Shown one piece after another: positions 35,225-42,753 of a DNA stretch of 64,000 nucleotides. The notes beneath the pieces are model-generated. The model was not told the DNA's origin. It was given only the letters and a program-made list of their open reading frames with translations, and searched no databases. Every line of letters begins with the position of its first letter. The stretch's first letter is position 1. Source of the stretch: a virus (Duplodnaviria > Caudoviricetes); IMG/VR virus record IMGVR_UViG_3300044820_000139, positions 1,430-65,429 of that record. One strand, given 5' to 3'. A program made the position numbers and the translations under genes.

Positions 35225-35462
35225 ACCTGGCGGGAATCGAACCCGCGTCCGAAATCACCTTTGTACAGCATTGACGTGCGTACTAATTGCGACACTGGCC
35301 ACTATCCAGCATTCATCTGTTCGGGTTATATGCCGGGAACTCGGCAGTGTTCTTCCGAGACGGACCCTATTTAGAGAGAGGATGCTTTCAACTGCATCGC
35401 CGCAAACCTTGGGGGGCGTCTTGGTGACCGTCCCTCCACCACTCGGTCTACATCGGGGTTGG

Positions 35463-35777
35463 TTAAGAGTTGATGTGTTGAATAGCCGACTTCAAATCAG
35501 AGGTTGCTGACTGAAGCTCAATTCTGAGGTCGGTTAAGACGTCGGCCAGTGAAGCAGGTTGCCCCTGCTTGTTTGCATCAGAAGGACAAGCTATGCCAAG
35601 CGCCGCACGCAGATCATAGGTAAGTGATCGAACGTCACTTACTACCTTCTGAAGATCTCCAATTCTACTGGCAATCCCAGGCTGTGGAGGTTGAGGCGAG
35701 GACTGGCCTGCATAATTTGCCTGGGCCATACCGGTGATTGTGCCTACAGAACGTTCGATTTGTTCGGATGGGTGCAT
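35463..35777 (-). CDS. Hypothetical coiled-coil protein
   Basis: ATG 35777 behind AAGGAG; stop abuts the tmRNA acceptor piece. Confidence 0.65.
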   Translation of the reverse strand: MHPSEQIERSVGTITGMAQANYAGQSSPQPPQPGIASRIGDLQKVVSDVRSLTYDLRAALGIACPSDANKQGQPASLADVLTDLRIELQSATSDLKSAIQHINS

Positions 35778-35847
35778 GTTCAGATCTCCTTGATTGGAAT
35801 GAATGAAGCCGGTATGATCTGTACCCAAACCTCGTAAATCCTATGAA

Positions 35848-36091
35848 ATCCGAAAGCCGCCCCGGCAACCCTCAGATATTTGTTCTGTAACGAACGCCGT
35901 TTTTGACTATAAGCATAGCGTTGGCTGCGTTGCAGGCCGCTTGAGAAAAACGCATTGCGTCACCTGAGTCGTGAGCTTGTGCTGCCTTGGTAATCAACTC
36001 CTCGACTTCTTTTACCTTTGCATCTTCGTTCATTGGGTTCTGCCTCCAAATCCCTATTTGCCTGTGATCCATCCGAAAGCCGCCCCGGCAA
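35848..36091. repeat. Two copies of ATCCGAAAGCCGCCC(C)GGCAA
   Basis: 35848-35867 and 36071-36091; each lies upstream of a small minus-strand gene. Confidence 0.8.
35872..36033 (-). CDS. Hypothetical protein (53 aa)
   Basis: ATG 36033 behind GGAGG; MNEDAKVKEVEELITKAAQA... Confidence 0.6.
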   Translation of the reverse strand: MNEDAKVKEVEELITKAAQAHDSGDAMRFSQAACNAANAMLIVKNGVRYRTNI

Positions 36092-36314
36092 AAGAGCGGC
36101 CCTCGGTCTTGCGCCCATTCGGTTACCGCCTCAGACGCAAACTTAAAAGGATCGCGGATCCTTGCAACTCCCTGGGATCGGGCGCATATGCTCGGAGAAG
36201 CATTTTTCCGTCCCAACAACCTGCAAAGCTCCGCGACATCGTGGGCCCAGCTGCCGGCCGCTCTCCTTCGCCAAGCCCCAAGGCCAGCGAAGCGGCAGAA
36301 AGCTGGCGCCGAGC

Positions 36315-36608
36315 CTAACCGACAAAATTTGCGATTGGCTCAAACTTCACAGTAAGCTGGGCGTGGCCATTCACATCGCCCGATCTCCAGGATGTCCCTG
36401 CCGCCTCAACCCGCACACCGCCCGGATTCTCAAGACTGAGCAGAAAATTCAACTGCGCTTCGATGGCTTTCTTCGTCAAAGCCGCCGCGGCGAACTCGTG
36501 CTTGAACCCTTCAGTCTTTTCCAGGTTCTCCAGAATCGGCTTGAATTGCTCTTCTAGCGACTGCTTGACCGCTGCCGCCCTTCCTGTCGCTGCTACACTC
36601 CAACTCAT
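36315..36608 (-). CDS. Hypothetical protein (MSW-start family)
   Basis: ATG 36608 behind AGAGGAG; MSWSVAATGRAAAVK... Confidence 0.65.
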   Translation of the reverse strand: MSWSVAATGRAAAVKQSLEEQFKPILENLEKTEGFKHEFAAAALTKKAIEAQLNFLLSLENPGGVRVEAAGTSWRSGDVNGHAQLTVKFEPIANFVG

Positions 36609-36619
36609 AAAATCTCCTC

Positions 36620-36952
36620 TTATTCCACCAACTGCATAACCTTCATCGGTGCCTTGCCGCGCCGGTCGCTGACTCTGCCTTTCCAGGTGCGCCGCGGAAC
36701 CAGCCGGATCGCCGGTACCTCGCGGTCCTCTTCCTTGATCTTGCCGGAGCGGCTGGTCTTCACAATCTTGATCCTGATCCACTCAGCCATGCCTTGATCT
36801 ACCAGGTATTTAGCCACTGAGTAAATCGTGTGCTTGTGCACTTTGCTCGCGCACTGTCGGCCCGGAAGAGGAAACTGGTACTCCTCGCGGTGATGCAAGA
36901 TGCAGATCGTAAGATCGTTTGGCTTGCCCTTCTCTGCTTTCGAACGTGCCAA
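36620..36952 (-). CDS. Basic hypothetical protein
   Basis: TTG 36952 behind GAGGAGG; 110 aa. Confidence 0.55.
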   Translation of the reverse strand: MARSKAEKGKPNDLTICILHHREEYQFPLPGRQCASKVHKHTIYSVAKYLVDQGMAEWIRIKIVKTSRSGKIKEEDREVPAIRLVPRRTWKGRVSDRRGKAPMKVMQLVE

Positions 36953-37225
36953 GCCGCGCCTCCTCGGGTTTGGTGTTCGGGATCCATCATCCCCGGCGCT
37001 CTGCGATTGGAAAACCCTGCCCAACCTGCCGCCTCTCTGCCTGCGCTTCACTGGATGTGTGTTTCTGGCAGCAAAAAACTGTTCAGATGTGGTCAGAATA
37101 CGCCGTCTGAGGGCTTTGAGGAAACTTTATTTTCGGAAAACTTTTGCAAACGGAAATTTCGAAGGGTTGAACTCCCCCTCTTCCCCCTCTAGCACCTGTA
37201 TCTTTGTACCTTCTGGTACAAGATG

Positions 37226-37705
37226 TCAAGACGGCAGTGCAAATCTCTGTGGAAAAGCGGAAGTCTCGCTCCGTGGAATACGCGCCTCATCCAGCATGGT
37301 TCCGCTCGTTGATGCAGAAGACGGATGGGCGATTGTAAAAGGCTTATCAGGCTGCGGTGGGTTATCGTCAAGTTGCATTCTTAAATTATTATCTCCATCC
37401 GTTATTGCCCACTCTTTAGCGTAAGCCGCCCGGAACACCGGATCACACATCAGCTCGTCGTACTTCGTGGGCCATTTTTTCATAGCAAGTTGGCTCCTCG
37501 AATCGGCAAGCTGTGTTTTGTAAGGACAATCCCCGTCATGATCATCTTTCCATAGATTTCGGTCGGCAGTCATTTCAGCAAGCTGGCGCTCCAGATCGGC
37601 ATAATCAGCGTAAAACACTACTTCTCCATTTATTGCCGGAGTGTATGCATTTTCGTCTTGATTCCATGTTCTTCGGATTGCGTCTCTCATCATGATTTCA
37701 GCCAT
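37226..37705 (-). CDS. Hypothetical protein
   Basis: ATG 37705 behind GGAGGG. Confidence 0.55.
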   Translation of the reverse strand: MAEIMMRDAIRRTWNQDENAYTPAINGEVVFYADYADLERQLAEMTADRNLWKDDHDGDCPYKTQLADSRSQLAMKKWPTKYDELMCDPVFRAAYAKEWAITDGDNNLRMQLDDNPPQPDKPFTIAHPSSASTSGTMLDEARIPRSETSAFPQRFALPS

Positions 37706-37748
37706 TTCGTCCCTCCTTCGCCAGCTTGAGCGCGTAGAGCGCCCGACA

Positions 37749-38120
37749 TTATGAATGCGAAACAAAACAGCGGCTTTGCCAGATGTTTTGCCTGTTTCCG
37801 TGCTTTTCCGGTCGTTCGCTCCGCTTTACTCGGTCGGTGTACGCCAGCAAACCCATCTCCGCCGCACGCTTCATCGCCGGACCGATTGCGGCTAGGTTGT
37901 GTGTGTTGGGAGGCTCCGGCAATGCCTCAATCTCGGCCAGCACATCGTCTGATGTGATCTCCGGTTTCTTGCGCGCTGCGGCCAGAACACAGCCGTCGAA
38001 GATGTGACGCCACCGGCTGTCCGCGTTCTCGTCCGCCTGACGCATCCCGTCGGCTATCCGCTCTTGCGTTGGTGTCGGAAGCTTCTGCGTGAAGTCGAGA
38101 GCAAACTGAAGAGTTGGCAT
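37749..38120 (-). CDS. Hypothetical protein, possible winged-helix C-terminus
   Basis: 123 aa; ITSDDV...NLAAIGPAMKRAAEMGLL pattern. Confidence 0.65.
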   Translation of the reverse strand: MPTLQFALDFTQKLPTPTQERIADGMRQADENADSRWRHIFDGCVLAAARKKPEITSDDVLAEIEALPEPPNTHNLAAIGPAMKRAAEMGLLAYTDRVKRSERPEKHGNRQNIWQSRCFVSHS

Positions 38121-38123
38121 AAC

Positions 38124-38582
38124 TCACCCCCACAATGCAATCTCGTTCGGTACTTCAAAGAAACCCTGCATCCCTCGAATCTCTGGCCGCTCTTTTTCTG
38201 GGATCAGGCGAACATTCTCCAACTTGAAGGCGTAGCGCAGCTTTCCGCTGTCGGCGTCGAATTGGCTGAAATCTCCCCAGAAGGCTTGCGGCGTCCCTTT
38301 CAGTTTTGGCTGGATCGAGACGCATGGAACGCAGTCAACCAGGTCCACAATACAAACCACCTTGCCGTAATCCAGCTTCCAGAGCGGCACGCCGGCTTCG
38401 CTCAGCCTTTGCTTTGCCTCGCGGAACCAATCCCACTCGTAGTCTTTTTCGTGGAATACCTTCTTCGCCGCCTGGATGGCCAGCGGGCCACGGTAGTCTG
38501 TCGCCCAGTCGCGCGTCTCCCAGGGCTTCAATCTAAGCCCGATGGCGATCGCGTGCGGCTGCCAGAGAGAGAGGGCCTTCAT
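38124..38582 (-). CDS. ASCH domain protein
   Basis: MKALSLWQPHA...KPWETRDW...YRGPLAIQAAK...RGMQGFF signature. Confidence 0.85.
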   Translation of the reverse strand: MKALSLWQPHAIAIGLRLKPWETRDWATDYRGPLAIQAAKKVFHEKDYEWDWFREAKQRLSEAGVPLWKLDYGKVVCIVDLVDCVPCVSIQPKLKGTPQAFWGDFSQFDADSGKLRYAFKLENVRLIPEKERPEIRGMQGFFEVPNEIALWG

Positions 38583-39115
38583 GCCGATGCCTCAATTTCC
38601 ACTGTGTGTGTTAGATGCCATCTTCCGTCAGCCTTTGGATGACACGCTTTGAGAATTGCAGGAACGATAATGCTTTCCCAGTTACTGAGACTTACCCAAC
38701 CGTTTCCATTGTTCAAGCAGTTCACGTCCCATATGCCAATGTCTGATGGGTTGGTTGAGTTCACGCCAATCCAATGAGTCTGGCGATAGCGAGCTTTGAT
38801 TGGTACGCCTGGAGCGGTCCATGGTCCTTCCCACTGAACACGCGCAAGCCCCCAGCGCGGCCAGGAGAGCTTGGGGACGTTATCCGCTAGTCCTCTTATG
38901 CCTTTAATGCGCACGTTTAGATTTTCGAGGATCTTCCACATTAATGTCGGGTTGGTGTAGCGCTTCAACTCAAAGTCTCCAAGGTGCGAACGGATCTCCT
39001 CTGGAGTCATACCGCAGATTGCACAGATCGCAGCCGGACCACAGTTGAAACCGTAGGCTTCCCAAGCTTCGTTTGCATCTTCTTCGGTAAATCGTAGTGG
39101 TGGCCTAGTTGCCAT
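38579..39115 (-). CDS. Hypothetical protein, possible C39-like papain fold
   Basis: NCGPAA (Cys), THWIGV (His), IWDVN (Asp). Confidence 0.5.
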   Translation of the reverse strand: MATRPPLRFTEEDANEAWEAYGFNCGPAAICAICGMTPEEIRSHLGDFELKRYTNPTLMWKILENLNVRIKGIRGLADNVPKLSWPRWGLARVQWEGPWTAPGVPIKARYRQTHWIGVNSTNPSDIGIWDVNCLNNGNGWVSLSNWESIIVPAILKACHPKADGRWHLTHTVEIEASA

Positions 39116-39356
39116 CTTTCAACCCCTCAGCCTCAATTGTGGCTTTCATTTCGTCGAATTGCTGTTTGTTAAAGAGAATCAAGCAGGCTTTCAACTCGCC
39201 AAACATAAGAGCAGCTAACACGTTTCCTGCTATTCCCATAGTGATCTGGCTGCCAGCCTTAACCGCTTTCATGTTGAGAACTTCGGCACCCATGCGAATA
39301 TCCTTGTTCTCATCTGACATTCGTTTCAGAACATCAAAATTGTTTACTTCAGGCAT
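39105..39356 (-). CDS. Hypothetical protein
   Basis: 83 aa ORF overlapping both neighbours. Confidence 0.65.
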   Translation of the reverse strand: MPEVNNFDVLKRMSDENKDIRMGAEVLNMKAVKAGSQITMGIAGNVLAALMFGELKACLILFNKQQFDEMKATIEAEGLKDGN

Positions 39357-40512
39357 CTCTCAATCCCTCCAGCCAGTAGGCCCACTCCTGCAGCATCTGC
39401 TTGCGTTCGTCGCCGTATTGGTAACGGTTATAAATCCCGCGCACTCCAGGCTGTGTGTGATTCAAAGCTTTTTCGATCCATTCCGGGTTGTACTTCATCT
39501 CCGTCAGGTGTGTGCTGGCCGTCCGGCGCAGATCGTGCGGCGTAAAATGCGGCATCCCCCACTTAATGCGGTTCATCGCCTTGTTGAGCGTCGCCGGTCC
39601 CATGGGTTCGGTCAGCGAGTCGCGCATCGGCAGCACTACATCAGCATTGCCGGCCAGACCTTTCAGGTGCAAAAAGAGTTGGTGAGCGCGCTGGCTTAGA
39701 TAGACGATGTGCGGCTTGCCGGTCTTCGAGAGCTCCGCTGGTACTTCCCATAGGCCCACGTTCAGGTCAACGTGTTCCCAGCGCGCGCACCGCAGTTCGC
39801 TCTTGCGGCAGAGAGTCAGCAGCATCAACTCGAGAACGGTCCCGATTCTTCCCAGGCGTACATCCAGCACCTTTTGCAGGAAGATTTTCAACTCAGCCGC
39901 GCTCAGATAGCGCTCCCGGCTGTGGTGGCGCGTCACAAAGCGCAGCGGCGTCCGGTCGACGGGATTGGCCTCAGAGACGCCGCAGACGCGCCCATAATCG
40001 AACAGCCGCTTGAGCAGGTGCCGAATCGCAGCGGCGGCCTCTGGGCTTCCCTCGTCGCGGCGGGCGAAGATCAGCCGCTGCACCTCTTCGCCGGTCACAC
40101 GGTTCATTGGCCGGGCACCCAGCGCTGGATAGACGTCGCGCTTGAGGTAGCGCTCAACAGTCTTCGGCTCCTTGCGGGCTGGCGTTACCACCTCGGCCAT
40201 CCAACGGGCGCCGAACTCTTGCACTGTCACCCGGTCGCCGGCACGCAGCCGCTCGCGTCGTTGATGCTCTGCTGCGCTCTCGCCCCGCGCCACAATCTCA
40301 GCCATCAAGTCCCGCCGCTTGCGCGCAGCGTCGAGCGACATCCGCGGCCATTGCCCGAGAGTAAGGCTCTCGCGCTTGCCGGCCAGAATGTAGCGATAGA
40401 CCCAGGACTTGCGGCCAGAAGGCTGCACAACCAGCTCAAGTCCCGCGCCCGCGCCGGCGGAGTAGCGCACAGTGCGCGGTGCCAGCTTGCGGATTTGAGT
40501 GGTGGTCAGCAT
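39349..40512 (-). CDS. int: Tyrosine recombinase/integrase (P4-like, N-terminal arm-binding domain)
   Basis: GLELVVQPSGRKSWVYRY arm domain; CRKSE (R), KTG (K), HDLRRT, LNH, YNRY (Tyr). Confidence 0.9.
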   Translation of the reverse strand: MLTTTQIRKLAPRTVRYSAGAGAGLELVVQPSGRKSWVYRYILAGKRESLTLGQWPRMSLDAARKRRDLMAEIVARGESAAEHQRRERLRAGDRVTVQEFGARWMAEVVTPARKEPKTVERYLKRDVYPALGARPMNRVTGEEVQRLIFARRDEGSPEAAAAIRHLLKRLFDYGRVCGVSEANPVDRTPLRFVTRHHSRERYLSAAELKIFLQKVLDVRLGRIGTVLELMLLTLCRKSELRCARWEHVDLNVGLWEVPAELSKTGKPHIVYLSQRAHQLFLHLKGLAGNADVVLPMRDSLTEPMGPATLNKAMNRIKWGMPHFTPHDLRRTASTHLTEMKYNPEWIEKALNHTQPGVRGIYNRYQYGDERKQMLQEWAYWLEGLRDA

Positions 40513-40514
40513 TA

Positions 40515-41126
40515 TTAATCAGGTAGTGCTTCAATAGCTGCCAGCAAATCGCTCCACGACGCTCCCGCTGCCAGCAAATCGCTCCACGACGCGCCCGCTG
40601 CCCGCAAATCGCTCCACGACGCGCCCGCTGCCAGCAAATCGCTCCACGGCGCGCCCGCTGCCCGCAAATAGCTCCACGACGCGCCCGCTGCCCGCAAATC
40701 GCTCCACGACGCGCCCGCTGCCAGCAAATAGCTCAACGACGCGCCCGCTGCCCGCAAATCGCTCCACGGCGCGCCCGCTGCCAGCAAATCGCTCCACGAC
40801 GCGCCCGCTGCCAGCAAATCGCTCCACGGCGCGCCCGCTGCCAGCAAATCGCTCCACGACGCGCCCGCTGCCCGCAAATAGCTCCACGACGCGCCCGCTG
40901 CCAGCAAATAGCTCAACGACGCGCCCGCTGCCCGCAAATCGCTCAACGGCGCGCCCGCTGCCCGCAAATCGCTCCACGACGCGCCCGCTGCCCGCAAATC
41001 GCTCCACGACACGCCCGCTGCCAGCAAATCGCTCCACGACGCGCCCGCTGCCAGCTTGGTTTCTATTTCGTTGATCCTGGTCTTGAAAACTTTAAACTCT
41101 TCCAAAAGTTCCTTCTTACTCTTCAT
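40515..41126 (-). CDS. Decapeptide-repeat protein, 17 x AAGA(S/P)(W/L)S(D/Y)L(L/R)
   Basis: 25-aa head + 17 repeats + 8-aa tail; 30-nt tandem DNA repeat; GAAGGAG RBS. Confidence 0.75.
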   Translation of the reverse strand: MKSKKELLEEFKVFKTRINEIETKLAAGASWSDLLAAGVSWSDLRAAGASWSDLRAAGAPLSDLRAAGASLSYLLAAGASWSYLRAAGASWSDLLAAGAPWSDLLAAGASWSDLLAAGAPWSDLRAAGASLSYLLAAGASWSDLRAAGASWSYLRAAGAPWSDLLAAGASWSDLRAAGASWSDLLAAGASWSDLLAAIEALPD

Positions 41127-41174
41127 AGCATTCTCCTTCTGCCAGCTTGCGGATTTGAGTGGTGGTCAGCATTA

Positions 41175-41576
41175 TTAATCAGGTAGTGCTTCAATAACTG
41201 CCAGAAAATAGCTCCACGGCGCGCCCGCTGCCAGCAAATCGCTCCACGACGCGCCCGCTGCCAGCAAATCGCTCCACGACGCTCCCGCTGCCCGCAAATC
41301 GCTCCACGGCGCGCCCGCTGCCCGCAAATCGCTCCACGGCGCGCCCGCTGCCAGCAAATCGCTCCACGACGCGCCCGCTGCCAGCAAATCGCTCCACGAC
41401 GCTCCCGCTGCCAGCAAATCGCTCCACGACGCTCCCGCTGCCCGCAAATCGCTCCACGGCGCGCCCGCTGCCCGCAAATCGCTCCACGGCGCTCCCGCTG
41501 CCCGCTTGGTTTCTATTTCGTTGATCCTGGTCTTGAAAACTTTAAACTCTTCCAAAAGTTCCTTCTTACTCTTCAT
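41175..41576 (-). CDS. Decapeptide-repeat protein paralogue, 10 repeats
   Basis: Near-identical head and tail to the 40515 gene; 7 fewer repeats (210 bp). Confidence 0.75.
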   Translation of the reverse strand: MKSKKELLEEFKVFKTRINEIETKRAAGAPWSDLRAAGAPWSDLRAAGASWSDLLAAGASWSDLLAAGASWSDLLAAGAPWSDLRAAGAPWSDLRAAGASWSDLLAAGASWSDLLAAGAPWSYFLAVIEALPD

Positions 41577-41621
41577 AGCATTCTCCTTCTGCCAGCTTGC
41601 GAATTTGAGTGGTGGTCAGCA

Positions 41622-41825
41622 TTATTTTTCGCGCGCCTTGATCATCGCATCTGCTATTAGGTAAGCCCTGCTCGCGATCACTGTAGACGTCACTTTGTTG
41701 ATGAATGTTGCCAGTTCCTCAATCCCTTCAGTGGAACTCGCGAGCTGATACTGCTCCATCTTGAGCATGGTTTGCATTGCGGCTATCGCAAACACGTCTC
41801 GCAAGGTTGGTTCTTTGTCATCCAT
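41622..41825 (-). CDS. Hypothetical phage protein (LRDVFAIAAMQ...AYLIADAMIKAR family)
   Basis: ATG 41825; the motif is one I recognise from a widespread small phage family. Confidence 0.7.
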   Translation of the reverse strand: MDDKEPTLRDVFAIAAMQTMLKMEQYQLASSTEGIEELATFINKVTSTVIASRAYLIADAMIKAREK

Positions 41826-41832
41826 GCAACAG

Positions 41833-41861
41833 ACGTTACGCCCGCTGAAAACCCTTGTCAA
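41833..41861 (-). promoter_or_regulatory. Leftward early sigma70-type promoter
   Basis: TTGACA (41861-41856), 17 nt, TAACGT (41838-41833); A-rich tract upstream. Confidence 0.7.
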
Positions 41862-41978
41862 GCCCTCATTTCATCTTTTTTGGTTTCCGTTTCCGGCTCA
41901 ACTCTATTAAGGGCAATGGATTTAGTATTCGGATACTCACGCCCACGGAAAATTCCCGAGATTTTCTTCATTTAGTTC

Positions 41979-42007
41979 TTGACAATCACTCAGGATGGAG
42001 GTACTTT
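41979..42007 (+). promoter_or_regulatory. Rightward early sigma70-type promoter
   Basis: TTGACA (41979-41984), 17 nt, TACTTT (42002-42007). Confidence 0.7.
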
Positions 42008-42025
42008 GGAGTTGGGGGTAAGCAG

Positions 42026-42136
42026 ATGACAATGAACATCCACGGTAACTACGCTCTCTTGGCAGTAATCCTCGCAGGTGCCATTATGGGCCTTGTTATT
42101 GCCGGGATCGCCGCGCACATCCCGGCAGGATTCTAA
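42026..42136 (+). CDS. Small membrane peptide
   Basis: First ORF after the promoter; single TM segment LLAVILAGAIMGLVIAGIAAHI. Confidence 0.5.
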   Translation: MTMNIHGNYALLAVILAGAIMGLVIAGIAAHIPAGF

Positions 42137-42196
42137 CCACAACAGGCCAGCCCGGGGCCGGAATCCGGGCAGTTAACCGCACAAGGAGCAGCAAAA

Positions 42197-42409
42197 ATGG
42201 AATTAAATGCTGAGCCGATGATTTGGACAGAAGAGGATGCCGGACGCTATCTAGCAGAGATTTTCTTTGATTCAAAGCGTGTTGTGTTGGTTGGCGACCG
42301 CATACGAGGTTTTGAGCCTTTCTTCACCGTTACTCCCAACATCTACAAGGCTTACACTGCCCGCCGCGATGATCTCGAACGCAAGCGCCGTGAGTATATG
42401 GCCCGTTGA
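42197..42409 (+). CDS. Hypothetical protein
   Basis: 70 aa, AAGGAG RBS. Confidence 0.65.
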   Translation: MELNAEPMIWTEEDAGRYLAEIFFDSKRVVLVGDRIRGFEPFFTVTPNIYKAYTARRDDLERKRREYMAR

Positions 42410-42521
42410 AGGATAGCCATGTTTGATGAGGTGCTCGCAATTGTGCAGCAGAACACAGAACTATCAATATGCATAGGGGAAATGCGATAGGAGAACAAGA
42501 AAGAAAAGGAGGTTCCAAACC

Positions 42522-42743
42522 ATGATTCATAATCACAAAATGCTCGCTTGGTGGTATGACCCGAAATATGGTGAAATAGCCATCCAATTGCGACTCTATC
42601 GCTGCTGGGGATTTCAGCTAAAAGGTACTCTAGGTGATTTTAACGGTTGGGATAGACCGTTTGCTGTTGGATTCGAGCTATCGCTTTGGGGCCTGGTTAT
42701 TCAATTTGGGCTAGGCTCAATTAGTATTTTCTGGAACTTCTGA
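42522..42743 (+). CDS. Trp-rich small hypothetical protein
   Basis: 73 aa, AAGGAGG RBS. Confidence 0.6.
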   Translation: MIHNHKMLAWWYDPKYGEIAIQLRLYRCWGFQLKGTLGDFNGWDRPFAVGFELSLWGLVIQFGLGSISIFWNF

Positions 42744-42753
42744 GAGAGGAAAC

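Larger units (their letters stand above)
34950..35460 (-). ncRNA. ssrA: Circularly permuted two-piece tmRNA gene (acceptor piece, intervening segment, coding piece)
   Basis: Minus-strand order: 3' tRNA-like end GGAC-GCGGG-TTCGATT-CCCGC-CAGGTCC-A (35250-35222), 95-nt spacer, then 5' end GGGCCTG-TC-ACGGTTTCGAC-GGG (from 35126). Acceptor stem has G3-U70; helix-2 pairs GGGATCA/TGATTTC, TACAG/CTGTA, CGTGC/GCACG; tag frame ends GCT GCC TAA. Outer ends are approximate. Confidence 0.92.
40480..41624. repeat. Three 35-bp direct repeats of the integrase 5' end, bounding two cassettes of 660 and 450 bp
   Basis: TGCCAGCTTGCG(G/A)ATTTGAGTGGTGGTCAGCATTA at 40480-40514, 41140-41174 and 41590-41624. Confidence 0.95.

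Noticed and set aside
35222-35250. tRNA-Ala gene or a bare attP tRNA fragment
   Set aside because: No anticodon arm; the matching 5' end, helix 2, pk1 and tag frame lie downstream, which identifies a permuted tmRNA.
36115-36140. Hammerhead ribozyme core (CTGAGG-CGGTAACCG-AA on the minus strand)
   Set aside because: Does not match CUGANGA...GAAA, and I could not build stems I and III.
40531-41487. Alternative-frame ORFs (MERFAGSGRVV...)
   Set aside because: By-products of the stop-free 30-nt repeat; they lack the unique head, tail and RBS of the other frame.
40540-41510. CRISPR array
   Set aside because: The 30-nt units are head-to-tail with no unique spacers, keep an open frame with RBS, and no cas genes are present.
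40515-41576. Classical pentapeptide-repeat (beta-helix) protein
   Set aside because: The period is 10 aa with Trp/Pro and does not fit A(D/N)LxX; a helical repeat is more likely.
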